A DNA stretch of 64,000 nucleotides from Rickettsiales bacterium. Lineage in GTDB: Bacteria > Pseudomonadota > Alphaproteobacteria > Rickettsiales > JAIXRX01. Within the stretch, counting starts at the first letter, position 1. Every line of letters begins with the position of its first letter. A program made the position numbers and the translations under genes. The stretch covers positions 513,164 to 577,163 of the forward strand of contig CBDFGH010000001.1 of NCBI GenBank assembly GCA_965247145.1. Direction: 5' to 3'. Positions 45,426 through 55,812 of this stretch are shown piece after piece. The notes under the pieces are model-generated. The model had not been told where the DNA came from and made no database searches. It saw nothing but the letters and a program-made list of their open reading frames with translations.

Positions 45426-45710
45426 TTACCGTTCGTTCTTGATGATCTCGGTCATGGTCACGCCGATGCGGTCTTCGACGACGACGACTTCGCCGCGCGC
45501 CACCAGGCGGTTATTCACGAAAATATCGATCGGCTCGCCCACTTTGCGGTCCAGCTCCACCACCGCGCCGCGGCCCAGTTTCAACAGCTGGCTCACCTGC
45601 ATCGTGGTGCGGCCGAGGATGACGGAGACCTGCACGGGGATATCCGCGACGAGATCCAGCGTCAGCGCATCCGGTCCGGAATCGGAGATGTCGAAAGTAT
45701 CATTGGCCAT
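45426..45710 (-). CDS. fliN: flagellar motor switch protein FliN
   Basis: 94 aa. ..LVADIPVQVSVILGRTTMQVSQLLKLGRGAVVELDRKVGEPIDIFVNNRLVARGEVVVV.. is the SpoA/FliN domain. Confidence 0.9.
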   Translation of the reverse strand: MANDTFDISDSGPDALTLDLVADIPVQVSVILGRTTMQVSQLLKLGRGAVVELDRKVGEPIDIFVNNRLVARGEVVVVEDRIGVTMTEIIKNER

Positions 45711-45719
45711 GGGTGGCTC

Positions 45720-46454
45720 CTAGAGGGATTCGGCGTGTGGGGATTCGGGTAGCGGGTATTCGATGGCGGCGGGTTCGGAAATCGAGGGTTCGGGGGCGGA
45801 AGGATCGAAGGCGGCCAGCGCGATTTCGATGCGCGTCCAGCTATCGGCCTGATTGCGCTCGAGCATACCGCTCGGCCATTCGATTCGGCAATCATCGAGT
45901 TGGGCCATGCGGTCATCCGCCGAGAATAACAAACGCTGTGTGTCTTTCGGGCGCAGCTTCGCTTTCTCTTCGTAGGCCGCTTCGATGAGGTGCAGAATGC
46001 CGGGATGCACCGCCACACGCAGCGGCTGCACATCCGCCAGCTCGTTCAAGCAGCGCGTGACCATGCGCTCGATCTCGGCGGTGGGTTCGGTGCGCAAGGC
46101 ATGGCCCGCCACCCGGCGCGCCGTGGCCAAGGCGATCTGCGTGAGCAGCGGCCCCTGCGCATCGAAAAATCGCTGCTGGCGGTCGATCAACGCATCGAAC
46201 TGCACGGCGAGCGCGGCGGCGGCGGCGCTGATGGCATGCGAGCGGGCGGCCTGATCCTGGTCGAGCTGAAGCAACCCGCGCTCCAATCCTTCCTTGAAGC
46301 CTTCCTCGCGCGCTTGCGCACAGGCGCTTTTGAGCTGGGATTCGTCGTATACCGGAGGCGGTGGTTCGGGCGCGATTTCGGGCACGGACAATATTTCCGG
46401 TTCCGCGCCGAAGGATTTGTAGAAGAAGGGGCGAACGCCGGTTTGGGATGCCAT
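45720..46454 (-). CDS. fliH: flagellar assembly protein FliH (FlbE-like)
   Basis: 244 aa, between fliG and fliN. ..AREEGFKEGLERGL.. and a C-terminal FliH-like region (..LRVAVHPGILHLIE..). Confidence 0.55.
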   Translation of the reverse strand: MASQTGVRPFFYKSFGAEPEILSVPEIAPEPPPPVYDESQLKSACAQAREEGFKEGLERGLLQLDQDQAARSHAISAAAAALAVQFDALIDRQQRFFDAQGPLLTQIALATARRVAGHALRTEPTAEIERMVTRCLNELADVQPLRVAVHPGILHLIEAAYEEKAKLRPKDTQRLLFSADDRMAQLDDCRIEWPSGMLERNQADSWTRIEIALAAFDPSAPEPSISEPAAIEYPLPESPHAESL

Positions 46455-46457
46455 GAT

Positions 46458-47474
46458 CTAGTACACCAGCTGATCGTCGCCGCTTTCGCCCGCAATGACG
46501 ATCTCGCCCTTTGCGGCCAGTTCCTTGGCCTTGTTGACGATGATCATCTGCGCTTCGTCCACGTCTTTCAGGCGTACCGGGCCCATGCCTTCCATATCCT
46601 CGCGCAGAATCTTGCTCGCGCGTTCGGACATATTGCCGAAGAACATTTCCTTGATCGTGTCGGACGCGCCTTTGAGGGCGATTGCCAGTTTGTCTTTGTC
46701 GATCATGCGCAGCAATGTCTGCACGCCTGCCACGTCCAGCTTCTGCAGATCTTCGAAGGTGAACATGAGCGCGCGAATACGGTCGGCGGATTCGGTGTCG
46801 CGTTCTTCGAGGAATCCCATGAATTTCGATTCGGTGTTGCGGTCGAAATTGTTGAAGATGTCCGCCATCATCTCATGGCTGTCGCGGCGCGCGGTTTTGG
46901 CGAGGTTGCTCATGAATTCCACGCGCAGGGTCTTCTCCACGCCGTCCAGCACTTCCTTCTTCACGCTGTCCATCGTCAGCATCCGCATGATGCATTCGGT
47001 GGCCAGTTCTTCCGGCAGCACGGTGAGCACGCGGGCGGCATGGTCGGAGCGGATTTTGGAGAGCACGAGCGCGATGGTCTGCGGATATTCGTTCTTCAGA
47101 TAGGCGGCGAGGATTTCCTCGCTCACATTGCCCAGTTTATCCCAGGTCGTGCGCCCTGCCGGGCCGCGAATGTCTTCCATGATACCGTCGACGCGTTCTT
47201 TGCCCAGGGCCTTGATGAGCAGACGTTCGGTATTGTCCAGATTGCCCATCATCAGCCCGGCGCTGGAGAGGCTTTCGCCGAATTCGGTAATGAGCCGTTC
47301 CACCACTTCGGGCGAGATGCTGCCGAGGGTGGCCATGGTTGAGGAGATTTCCTTGATCTCGTCTTCCTGCATCACGGAAAAAAGCTTGCCCGCGCTTTCT
47401 TCGCCCACGCTGAGCATGACGATGGCGGCTTTCTGCGCGCCGGTGAGTTTTTTGTAATCGTTGATCGTGATCAT
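46458..47474 (-). CDS. fliG: flagellar motor switch protein FliG
   Basis: 338 aa. ..[17 protein letters not shown].., ..EDLQKLD.., and a C-terminal torque helix region ..[19 protein letters not shown]... Confidence 0.95.
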   Translation of the reverse strand: MITINDYKKLTGAQKAAIVMLSVGEESAGKLFSVMQEDEIKEISSTMATLGSISPEVVERLITEFGESLSSAGLMMGNLDNTERLLIKALGKERVDGIMEDIRGPAGRTTWDKLGNVSEEILAAYLKNEYPQTIALVLSKIRSDHAARVLTVLPEELATECIMRMLTMDSVKKEVLDGVEKTLRVEFMSNLAKTARRDSHEMMADIFNNFDRNTESKFMGFLEERDTESADRIRALMFTFEDLQKLDVAGVQTLLRMIDKDKLAIALKGASDTIKEMFFGNMSERASKILREDMEGMGPVRLKDVDEAQMIIVNKAKELAAKGEIVIAGESGDDQLVY

Positions 47475-47508
47475 GCGCGGCTCCGTGAATGCATCTTTGT
47501 CGTTTCGG

Positions 47509-49200
47509 CTATTCAGCAGGTGCGAACCACTGGCGCAGCACGTTCATCGCTTCGTCCGGATTGCGGTCGATGACTTCGGTGATTTTGCGAACGTTGCTCT
47601 GGCGGCCACGGTTGCGCAGATGGTCGATGGCGACCAGATCCTCATCATCCTCGCCCGCAAGCAGGGAAGGACCGCTGGGCCCTGTATCCCCGCCATAGGT
47701 CAAAGCGAGATCGGAGGAATGGCTGCTCAAACCCGGCCCTGCCAGCACGGCTTTTTCCTGTTCCGCCAGTTGGGCCGCAGTCGCGGAGGATTCGATGGCA
47801 CGGTTGATCAAAGGACGAATGATCAGCAAAATTACAAGCATTGCCACGCCACCCAGCACCAAAGTCTGGATGATGTTTTTAAGATCGGTCTTCATCCAAT
47901 CGAATGCACGTTCGGTCGGTATGGTTTCCACCTCCTGGGTAAAGCGCATGTTCACTACTTCGACCGAGTCACCGCGCTTTTCATCGAAACCGATGGCAGA
48001 CTTTACCAGCGAAGTGAGTTGTTTCAGTTCCGCTTCACTGCGCGGTGCATAGACTTGGTTGCCGCTGGCATCCAAGCTGTATACCCCGTCTACCAATACA
48101 GCGACCGACATTTTCTTAACCGTACCGGTTTCTTTCACGTGGTTTTCGGTGGTTTTGGAAATTTCGTAATTGGTGGTTTCATCGCCTTTTTCCACAGTGC
48201 GCTGGGAAGCATTGCCGCCTGCACCGCCCTGGCCTTGGGAGGCGGGCAGGTTGTTACCGGCGGAAACGCTTTGCGCATTCTGGTTGTCGTTGGAAGATTC
48301 TTTTTCGTTGTTGCTTTGCACCGAGCGGGCAACCTGACCTTCGGGGTCAAAAGTTTCGGAATTGCGCACCACGCGGTCGAAATCGATCTCGGCGGAAATC
48401 TGGGCTTTCACTTTGCCGGAACCCACACTTTGGCCCAGCAGATCCTCGATGGTTTTGCGCATCCGGGTTTCGTAGGAAACGCGGTACTCGTCGGCGTTGC
48501 TGGCAGCCAGTTCGGCGCTGTTTTCGTCATCGCCGCCACGGGCCAGCATGTGGCCTTGATTATCGACAATGGTGATCTTGGTCGGTTTCAACCCGGGGAC
48601 GGCCGTGGCGACCAGATGGGTGATCGCATCCGTTTCCGATTTGGTGAGTGTGCCGCCACGCAGCTTCAAAACCACGGAAGCAGTGGGGTCTTGCTTATCG
48701 CGCGTAAAGAGTTCGCGCTTTGGCGTGACCAGATGCACACGGGCCTGTTCGACCTTTTGGAACGATCCGATGGTGCGCGCCAATTCTCCCTCCAGAGCAC
48801 GCAACATATTAACATTCATCACGAAATTCGAACTGCCTAAAGCTTCTGAGCGGTCGAAAATCTCGTAGCCCACAATCGAGCCATTGGAGGGAATGTTTTG
48901 CTGCGCGAGACCGACACGTAGTTTCAGCACTTCCTCGGCAGGCACCAGAATTTGCGTGCCATTGGCGCGCAGTTCGTATTTCACCGCACGCTTATCGAGT
49001 TCCTGGGCAATGGTGCCACTGTCTTCCATGGAAAGGTTACTGTAGAGCGGCTCCATGGTGGGCGAGGCGATGCGAAGCGATAAAAAAATGAAGAATGCGA
49101 TCAGTGCAAGGCTCACTCCGGCCATCAACGCCAAACGCGTTTGCCCAAGGTCTTTAAGAGTTTGCACCATGTCGCTCATATGCCAGCCTCTGTTCATCAA
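47509..49200 (-). CDS. fliF: flagellar M-ring protein FliF
   Basis: 563 aa. N-terminal TM ([20 protein letters not shown]), ..[19 protein letters not shown].., a second TM near residue 450. Heads the fliFGHN-flbD order. The start may be ATG 49179. Confidence 0.9.
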   Translation of the reverse strand: MMNRGWHMSDMVQTLKDLGQTRLALMAGVSLALIAFFIFLSLRIASPTMEPLYSNLSMEDSGTIAQELDKRAVKYELRANGTQILVPAEEVLKLRVGLAQQNIPSNGSIVGYEIFDRSEALGSSNFVMNVNMLRALEGELARTIGSFQKVEQARVHLVTPKRELFTRDKQDPTASVVLKLRGGTLTKSETDAITHLVATAVPGLKPTKITIVDNQGHMLARGGDDENSAELAASNADEYRVSYETRMRKTIEDLLGQSVGSGKVKAQISAEIDFDRVVRNSETFDPEGQVARSVQSNNEKESSNDNQNAQSVSAGNNLPASQGQGGAGGNASQRTVEKGDETTNYEISKTTENHVKETGTVKKMSVAVLVDGVYSLDASGNQVYAPRSEAELKQLTSLVKSAIGFDEKRGDSVEVVNMRFTQEVETIPTERAFDWMKTDLKNIIQTLVLGGVAMLVILLIIRPLINRAIESSATAAQLAEQEKAVLAGPGLSSHSSDLALTYGGDTGPSGPSLLAGEDDEDLVAIDHLRNRGRQSNVRKITEVIDRNPDEAMNVLRQWFAPAE

Positions 49201-49312
49201 ATTGTTATTAGCTAGGCATTAATTGCCTATTTGATGAATATTACGATAAGGGCGGCATAAATTCAACGGTCAATCAGCTTAACGCATTAAATAAATCTTC
49301 ATGCTTTCTTAA

Positions 49313-50137
49313 CTAACCCAGTTCGGAAAAGAGTTCGTCATACACCACGGCGAAAGCATGCATGGCGATCGGAAGCAGCAACACCGGCGGAAATATAAAT
49401 AATCCTCCCACGAACCCGATGACAGACATAGCGAACAGCACACCGATGCTTTCCAAGCCAAGCGCCTGGATTTTGCGGCGGCTGAGTGCAATCGCCTCCC
49501 AAGGTTCCATGTCATATTCCATGACCAGAAGCAGAGCCGGCATGGTGAAGGTCAATACGAATAAACCGGGCACCGCAAAAAAGAGAAATCCCACATAACT
49601 GAGCAAGCCGATGATGACGGATGTGCGCAGAAGCACGCTCTGTCTTTGTTTCAGGGTGCGCATGATCGTATCCGGATCTGCGGGTTGACCCCGATGCATG
49701 CGCAAAATCATCCAAAGCAGCCCGCCTAAGGCGAACACTCCGAGAATTTGCGCGGCGGCGGCAACGAAAAACGCTATAAACCCAGGCAATACCGCCCATG
49801 CAACCAACGCCGGCACGATGGAGGCGATGACATACAGACCGGAATATACAGTGATGCCGTGATGCTCTTGCAGAAATGAAAAGCCGTCCTTGCAAAGACG
49901 TTTGAGATCGAGCATCGAGCGTGTGGCGACATCGGCGGGCTGATCTTGATTCTGCTCCATTTCATGAAACACTTCAGCCAGGGCCGGATGCATGATGGCG
50001 GCAATGCCTTCGCCGTTTTGGTCGTCTTCCACCACATCATCGTATTTCAGGCGTCCGTTGCGCACTTTTTTGATGAGCAGAATGAGGTCAAACGGGCCTT
50101 CGCGCGTGCCGTTATGATGAAGGATATGATAACTCAT
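49313..50137 (-). CDS. hypothetical polytopic membrane protein with possible N-terminal GYF_2-like domain
   Basis: 274 aa. N-terminus YHILHHNGTREGPFDLILLIKKVRNGRL resembles the GYF_2 pattern (Y..-G-x-x-x-GPF). Followed by about 5 TM helices. Confidence 0.45.
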   Translation of the reverse strand: MSYHILHHNGTREGPFDLILLIKKVRNGRLKYDDVVEDDQNGEGIAAIMHPALAEVFHEMEQNQDQPADVATRSMLDLKRLCKDGFSFLQEHHGITVYSGLYVIASIVPALVAWAVLPGFIAFFVAAAAQILGVFALGGLLWMILRMHRGQPADPDTIMRTLKQRQSVLLRTSVIIGLLSYVGFLFFAVPGLFVLTFTMPALLLVMEYDMEPWEAIALSRRKIQALGLESIGVLFAMSVIGFVGGLFIFPPVLLLPIAMHAFAVVYDELFSELG

Positions 50138-50289
50138 GCAGTGGAATTCCGAATTTGAAATAAGTGGATAAGAATCGCATAGATGATCGCCCTGTAAGAA
50201 AGCAAGTGGCGATGCGGCAATGGTGCATTCTGCTGTGTTCAGTCGCCTTTATGCCGCAATGCCGTGTGGGTGGCATGCAAAATGCGCGG

Positions 50290-51687
50290 CTATCTTTTTA
50301 CCTTGTTGTAGCGTTCGTTTAGCAGCGAAAAGACCATGCGCGCGGCCATGGCTTCTCCGCCCACCGGACGTCCCGGCTTGCGACCCAAATTCCATGCCAT
50401 CAAATCGAAATGCACCCAGGATTTCGCTTTCTCCACGAAATGCTTCAGGAACAAGGCCGCCACGATCGCGCCGCCATAGCTGCTGTCGGAGATATTGTTC
50501 ATGTCGGCGGCGTGGCTGTGCAGATGGTCGCGGTAGGGCTCCCACAAAGGCAGGCGCCAGGCGGGGTCGGATTGCAGGGCGCTGTGGCGCATGATCTCGG
50601 CGGAAAGCGTTTCGTCGTCCGTGAAATACGCCGCGATTTCCGCGCCCACCGCGATGCGCGCAGCGCCGGTCAGGGTGGCGAAATCGAGGATCATCTCGGG
50701 CGATTCGCTGTCGGCTTCCACCAAAGCGTCGCACAAGATCAGCCGTCCTTCGGCGTCCGTATCGCCGATCTCGACATTCGTGCCCTTGCGGGTGCGTATA
50801 ATGTCGGAGGGGCGCATGGCGTTGGCGGCGATGCTATTCTCCACCGCCGGAATCAGCACGCGCAGTCGGATCGGCAATTTCGCCTGCATCACCATTTCCG
50901 CCACCGAAAGCACGATGGCCGCACCGCCCATATCCTTTTTCATCAGCTTCATGCCGCTGCCGGTTTTGATGTTCAAACCACCCGTATCGAAGCACACGCC
51001 TTTGCCCACCAGAGTGATTTTCGGATGTTTCGGATTGCCCCAGCGGATATCCACCAGCCGCGGCGCTTCGGCGGAGGCGCGGCCCACGGCATGGATGGTG
51101 GGATAATTCTCATTCAGTAATGCATCGCCTACGATGGTCGCACATTTAGCGCCATGGCGCTGCGCCACCACTTCGGCTGCTTTCTGCAGTTCCGCCGGAC
51201 CCATTTTGTTGGTGGGCAGGTTGATGAGATCGCGGCCCATGATAAGCGCTCCCGCGACCGAATCCGCATGGGCCAGATCCGTATTCTTCGGCCAGGTGAA
51301 TTCCATTTGGCCACGCTTGGCGGATTGCTTGAACACACTGAACTGATAAGCCCCCAGCTTGACGCCGATGGCCAACTGCGCCGCATTCGCGCCTGGGGGC
51401 AAGGTGCGGATGTCGTACCGCCCGGCGGGCAGGGTGGCCGGAAGATGCGACAGCGACCAGATATCCAGCTTTTCCGGCAACCCGCATAAAATGGCTTCGA
51501 TACCGCCACCGGCCTTGGGCAAAGCGCAATGGGTGAATTCCTTGCCCTTGAACCCAAGCTGATGCACCCATGCCGCCTGTTGCGGCGCGTGAGTCTCAAG
51601 CCATGTTTGCAACTGGCTGGCGGGCACGCAATGAACGGGAATGATCGGCTGAGCAGTGGGCTTGGCGATGCGGGGCTTCGGTGGCAT
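50290..51687 (-). CDS. M17 family leucyl aminopeptidase-like metallopeptidase
   Basis: VGKGVCFDTGGLNIK and GDTDAEGRLILCDAL (NTDAEGRL-type) motifs. Start moved to MPPKPRI (51687). Confidence 0.8.
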   Translation of the reverse strand: MPPKPRIAKPTAQPIIPVHCVPASQLQTWLETHAPQQAAWVHQLGFKGKEFTHCALPKAGGGIEAILCGLPEKLDIWSLSHLPATLPAGRYDIRTLPPGANAAQLAIGVKLGAYQFSVFKQSAKRGQMEFTWPKNTDLAHADSVAGALIMGRDLINLPTNKMGPAELQKAAEVVAQRHGAKCATIVGDALLNENYPTIHAVGRASAEAPRLVDIRWGNPKHPKITLVGKGVCFDTGGLNIKTGSGMKLMKKDMGGAAIVLSVAEMVMQAKLPIRLRVLIPAVENSIAANAMRPSDIIRTRKGTNVEIGDTDAEGRLILCDALVEADSESPEMILDFATLTGAARIAVGAEIAAYFTDDETLSAEIMRHSALQSDPAWRLPLWEPYRDHLHSHAADMNNISDSSYGGAIVAALFLKHFVEKAKSWVHFDLMAWNLGRKPGRPVGGEAMAARMVFSLLNERYNKVKR

Positions 51688-51804
51688 GACGGGCTCGGTG
51701 ATGCGAAGAAAAAACGAGTGTAGGATTCCCATGCACAAAACGCCATGGGAATCCTTTGGCGTCGTCATCCCAGCCTGCCCTGGAGCGACGTAAGTGTGGG
51801 TTGG

Positions 51805-52701
51805 TCAGGCCGCCAGCAATTGCTTCATCGAAGCCCGCAGACCTTCGGCCAGTTCGGGGCGTTGCAGCGCATAGGCGATGTTGGCTTCTAGGAAACCCAG
51901 CTTGTCGCCGCAATCGTAGCGCGTGCCGTCGAAGCGGAAGCCGTAGAACGGCGTGCTGGCCAGATCGGCTTCCATTGCATCCGTCAACTGAATTTCACCA
52001 CCGCTGCCGCGCTCCTGCGTCTCCAGGCGGGTCAGCACGCTGGGCTGCAGAATATAACGCCCGATGATGGAAAGCGTGGAGGGTGCTTTCTCGGGGCTGG
52101 GTTTTTCCACCAGGCCTTTGGCCGCCACCATCTTGCCATCCGTCGGGCCGTCCACATCCAGAATGCCGTAGCGCTTGGTGTGTTCGCGCGGCACATCCAT
52201 CACGGCGGCCAAATTGGCGGGTGCGCCATGCGCATGGTAGGCATCCACCATCTGCTTCAAACAGCCCGTTTCGCTCAGCACCAGATCATCCGCCAGAATC
52301 GCGGCGAAAGGCTCGTTGCCGATGGCGTGGCGTGCGCACCATACGGCGTGGCCCAGGCCATGCGCGCCGCCCTGACGGACAAACATCATGCTGCCCGAAG
52401 GCGGCAGCCAGCCATCCGCATGGTGCAGTTCGGCGTGTTTGTCATTCGATTTCAGGAAATGCGCCAGTTCACCCGCCAGATCGAAATGGGTTTCGATGGA
52501 TTCTTTGCCACGCGCGGTGACGAAGATAAAACGCTCCATCCCCGCTTCCAGCGCCTCGTCCACGGCATATTGAATGAGCGGGCGATCGACCACCGGCAGC
52601 ATTTCCTTGGGCACCGCTTTGGTGGCGGGCAGGAATCGTGTGCCGAATCCACCCACGGGGAATACGACAGTTTTGACGGCTTGGGCGCGGGTGTTTGACA
52701 T
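51805..52701 (-). CDS. galU: UTP--glucose-1-phosphate uridylyltransferase
   Basis: VFPVGGFGTRFLPATKAVPKEMLPVVDRPLIQYAVDEA is the GalU N-terminal signature. 298 aa from MSNTRAQ. Confidence 0.9.
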   Translation of the reverse strand: MSNTRAQAVKTVVFPVGGFGTRFLPATKAVPKEMLPVVDRPLIQYAVDEALEAGMERFIFVTARGKESIETHFDLAGELAHFLKSNDKHAELHHADGWLPPSGSMMFVRQGGAHGLGHAVWCARHAIGNEPFAAILADDLVLSETGCLKQMVDAYHAHGAPANLAAVMDVPREHTKRYGILDVDGPTDGKMVAAKGLVEKPSPEKAPSTLSIIGRYILQPSVLTRLETQERGSGGEIQLTDAMEADLASTPFYGFRFDGTRYDCGDKLGFLEANIAYALQRPELAEGLRASMKQLLAA

Positions 52702-52814
52702 GTTTGCTCCTTGACTTTTCAGCCAGTCCGTGTAGCACATGCGTTCGTTTTTGGAATGACCAATTGCCTCTTCGGTATAAGCGCCGGATAGGGAACAGAA
52801 TTTAGGTAAGTATC

Positions 52815-52982
52815 ATGGCTAAGAAGAACATCGTTCTCGTGAAACTCGTCTCCTCGGCGGCCACGGGCTTCTTCTACGTAAAGAAGAAAAACCCGAAGAA
52901 GCAGACCGAGAAAATGAAATTCAACAAATACGATCCCGTCGCGCGCAAGCATGTGGAATTCACCGAAACCAAGCTGAAATAG
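52815..52982 (+). CDS. rpmG: 50S ribosomal protein L33 (below the ORF-track cutoff)
   Basis: Hand translation: [55 protein letters not shown]. 55 aa, typical L33. Confidence 0.85.
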   Translation: MAKKNIVLVKLVSSAATGFFYVKKKNPKKQTEKMKFNKYDPVARKHVEFTETKLK

Positions 52983-53395
52983 TGCGTTCGGTTTCCGCCG
53001 TGCAGCGCTTGGTCTCGCTTCTTTCCGCTTGGATGGTTTCAGCCTCCGCATCCGTCGTCATAGCGCAGGATGCCGTGCCAGCATCCGTACCGCAGACAAC
53101 TTCGCCTTTCGCAGGCGCTCCGGTTCTTTTAGCGATATTCGGTGTGTTTTACTTGATGTTGATTAGGCCGCAGCAAAAGAAGGTCGCTGAGCACAAAAAA
53201 CTGCTGAGCGAATTGCGCCGCGGTGATAAGATCGTCACCTCCGGCGGCATCATCGGCACCATCACCAAGCTGGAAGGCGAGGATATCGCCGTGGTCGAGA
53301 TCGCGCCGGAAGTCAAAGTGCGCGTGGCCAAAACCGCCATCGCCAGCGTGCTCACCCGGACCGAGCCGGGCGAGAGCAAAGCCGCCAACGATTAG
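52982..53395 (+). CDS. yajC: preprotein translocase subunit YajC
   Basis: ..LLAIFGVFYLMLIRPQQKKVAEHKKLLSELRRGDKIVTSGGIIGTITKL.. is the YajC core. The start is uncertain (GTG 52982 or ATG 53033). Confidence 0.8.
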   Translation: MRSVSAVQRLVSLLSAWMVSASASVVIAQDAVPASVPQTTSPFAGAPVLLAIFGVFYLMLIRPQQKKVAEHKKLLSELRRGDKIVTSGGIIGTITKLEGEDIAVVEIAPEVKVRVAKTAIASVLTRTEPGESKAAND

Positions 53396-53411
53396 ATTCT
53401 TATTGCCCTTT

Positions 53412-53489
53412 CCCGTCATCCTGCGCGCAGTCGCAGGATCCCGTGCCAGAAGCGCTCAGAGATCCTGCGACTGCGCGCAGGATGACGGG
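53412..53489. repeat. palindromic repeat family 1, copy 4
   Basis: CCCGTCATCCTGCGCGCAGTCGCAGGATCC and GATCCTGCGACTGCGCGCAGGATGACGGG. Lies between yajC and secD, inside the operon. Confidence 0.9.
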
Positions 53490-53619
53490 AAGAGTGGCAT
53501 TCAAAAGAGTGGCCTCCTAGCAATGACAAAGCGCCAAAAGTGTTTCTCGCGCATCCAGTTCTTGTGCCGCCCGCCGATCAACGGCATATATCCGGCATCC
53601 CATTCCGCTTGAGTTCCCC

Positions 53620-55233
53620 ATGCTGATCATCTCCCGCACCCGCCTGCTTGGCACCTTGCTCATTTGCCTCGTGGCACTTCTCTTTGCCTTGCCGAATGTG
53701 CTGCCCGAAACATGGCGCGCGCGTCTGCCCGCTTTCCTGCCGCACAATACGGTGAATCTCGGGCTCGATCTACGCGGTGGTTCGCATCTGCTGATGCAGG
53801 TGGATACGGCGGATTACCTGAAGAAACAGATGATCTCGCTGCAGGACGATGTGCGCGCCCGTCTGCGCGCCAAGAACGTGGAAACCCAGGGCGTCAGCAT
53901 CGCCGATGGCGGATTGAACATCAAGCTGACCAACTCCGAACAATACGAAACCGCCCGCACCGCCCTGGCCGATTTCACCGACACGATGAGCCTGACCCGC
54001 GAAGACGCCAACCTGCGCCTGGCCTATACCGAGCGCGGCCTGCGTGAATTGAAAGGCCGCCTGCTCGATCAATCCATGGAAATCGTCGATCGTCGCGTGA
54101 ACGCGCTGGGCACGGTGGAGCCCGTGATCCAGCGGCAGGGAGACGACCGTATCGTGTTGCAGGTTCCGGGCCTCAGCGACCCTGCGCAACTGAAAGAAAT
54201 CCTCGGCCGCACCGCCAGCATGACTTTCCATCTGCTCGATGAAAGCGTGGGCAGCAGGGGCACCGTGCTCGATCCCAAGCTGAGCGTACCTTTCGGCACC
54301 CAGATTCTGCCGATGGACGAGAGCGACAGCAAACGTGCCGGTGCCAAAGAGGGCGAGCCTGAAAGCCCGGCGCTTTCCATCGCCGTACAGCGCCGCGCGC
54401 TGTTGACGGGCGACATGCTGACCAGCGCCCAAGCAGCTTACGGCCAGGAAGGCGGGGCGGTCGTCAACTTCCGTTTCAACAAACTCGGTGCGCGCAAATT
54501 CGCCCGCATCACTTCTGACAATGTAAACAAACGCTTCGCCATCGTGCTCGATGACAAGGTGCTCACCGCGCCGGTCATCAACACGCCGATCGCCGGCGGC
54601 TCGGGCCAGATCTCGGGGAATTTCACCATCGAATCCGCCAATAATCTGGCGCTCTTGTTGCGCTCGGGCGCATTGCCCGCGCCGCTGAAGATCATCGAAG
54701 AGCGCACGGTTGGGCCTTCTCTCGGCAGTGATTCGATCGCGGCGGGCAAGGCCGCTTCCATCCTCGGCGTGGTCCTCGTCATGGCCTTCATGGTGCTGGC
54801 TTACGGTCTGTTCGGCGTGTTCGCCAACATCGCGCTGCTGATCAATCTGGTGGCGGTGATGGGGACGCTTTCCTTCTTCCAGGCCACGCTGACCTTGCCC
54901 GGCATTGCGGGCATCGTGCTCACGCTCGGCATCGCGGTGGATGCGAACGTGCTGATCTATGAGCGCATCAAGGAAGAAATCCGCCATGGCCGCAGCCCGC
55001 TGAACGCCATCGAAACCGGATTCAAAACCGCCTTTGCCACCATCATCGACAGCCATGTGACGCAGCTGATCGCCGCTGTGCTGCTGTTCTATTTCGGCAG
55101 CGGCAGCATCAAGGGTTTCGCGGTCACGCTGATGATCGGGCTGTTGTGGTCGATCTATACGGCGAACAACCTCACCAAACTGATGGTGGCCCTCTGGGTG
55201 CGCCGCACCCGGCCGAAAACGCTTTCGCTATAA
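53620..55233 (+). CDS. secD: protein translocase subunit SecD
   Basis: 537 aa. N-terminal TM, ..LGLDLRGGSHLLMQVD.., a periplasmic domain, and six C-terminal TM helices with ..GIAGIVLTLGIAVDANVLIYERIKEE... Confidence 0.9.
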   Translation: MLIISRTRLLGTLLICLVALLFALPNVLPETWRARLPAFLPHNTVNLGLDLRGGSHLLMQVDTADYLKKQMISLQDDVRARLRAKNVETQGVSIADGGLNIKLTNSEQYETARTALADFTDTMSLTREDANLRLAYTERGLRELKGRLLDQSMEIVDRRVNALGTVEPVIQRQGDDRIVLQVPGLSDPAQLKEILGRTASMTFHLLDESVGSRGTVLDPKLSVPFGTQILPMDESDSKRAGAKEGEPESPALSIAVQRRALLTGDMLTSAQAAYGQEGGAVVNFRFNKLGARKFARITSDNVNKRFAIVLDDKVLTAPVINTPIAGGSGQISGNFTIESANNLALLLRSGALPAPLKIIEERTVGPSLGSDSIAAGKAASILGVVLVMAFMVLAYGLFGVFANIALLINLVAVMGTLSFFQATLTLPGIAGIVLTLGIAVDANVLIYERIKEEIRHGRSPLNAIETGFKTAFATIIDSHVTQLIAAVLLFYFGSGSIKGFAVTLMIGLLWSIYTANNLTKLMVALWVRRTRPKTLSL

Positions 55234-55239
55234 GCTGCC

Positions 55240-55614
55240 ATGGACATCACCCCGCTGCTCTCCGCCCATGTCCTGCCCATCCGGCGCTATGGCCCGGCGG
55301 GTTTCACGGTGGGCGAGGGGGCACAACATGCGGGCAGCATTTTTCTTTCCGCGCAAGGCGCAGAAGCGCTGAGCGGCACGGCGGAGGCGCAGATCGAGCG
55401 CGGCATCGCGCTGGCCGCAAGCCAGCCGGAAATCGAGTTACTGCTGATCGGCACCGGGGCACAGATGCAATTCGTCGAAGACCAGACACGTCAGGCCTTA
55501 CGCGCCCGCGGCATCGCTTCGGAGATCATGGATACGGGCGCCGCCTGCCGCACTTACAACGTGCTGCTCGCCGAAGGCCGCCGGGTGGCGGCGGTTTTGC
55601 TGCTGCCGGTTTAA
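55240..55614 (+). CDS. Mth938-like (DUF498) protein, homolog of complex I assembly factor NDUFAF3
   Basis: 124 aa. ..IRRYGPAGFTVGE..H.GSI.. and ..ELLLIGTGAQMQF...ALRARGI..E.MDT.AACRTYN.L..EGRRVAA.LLP fit the family pattern. Classic neighbour of yajC-secDF. Confidence 0.7.
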   Translation: MDITPLLSAHVLPIRRYGPAGFTVGEGAQHAGSIFLSAQGAEALSGTAEAQIERGIALAASQPEIELLLIGTGAQMQFVEDQTRQALRARGIASEIMDTGAACRTYNVLLAEGRRVAAVLLLPV

Positions 55615-55627
55615 TTCCGTATCAACT

Positions 55628-55756
55628 CGTCATTCCCCGAATTTTCTGAAAGAAAATTATAGGGGAATCTACACGGTCTCTGCTTTCTGCCGCCTGTATG
55701 CCGAAGCTTGGGTGTGGATTCCCCTATAATTCGCCGTGCGAATTCGGGGAATGACG
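55628..55756. repeat. palindromic repeat family 2, copy C
   Basis: CGTCATTCCCCGAATTTT..AATTATAGGGGAATCTACAC ... GTGTGGATTCCCCTATAATT..GAATTCGGGGAATGACG. Confidence 0.85.
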
Positions 55757-55760
55757 AGAC

Positions 55761-55795
55761 AAAAAAAACCGGTGGATCCCTCCACCGGCTTTTTT
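55761..55795. terminator. bidirectional Rho-independent terminator
   Basis: An A8 run, then CCGGTGGA (55769-55776) paired with TCCACCGG (55781-55788), then a T6 run. Lies between the Mth938-like gene and convergent sodB. Confidence 0.7.
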
Positions 55796-55812
55796 GCGTG
55801 CATACGCGGGAA

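Noticed and set aside
49201-49312. CtrA box (TTAA-N7-TTAA) or other class II flagellar promoter upstream of fliF.
   Set aside because: The region is AT-rich and holds TTAA pairs (for example 49279 and 49287) but with N4 spacing. No N7-spaced pair was found on either strand by eye.
50200-50270. Imperfect direct repeats ATGCGGCAATGG / ATGCCGCAATGCC downstream of the M17 peptidase gene, considered as a possible terminator or small RNA.
   Set aside because: The two copies are direct rather than complementary, so they form no convincing stem. No T-run follows.
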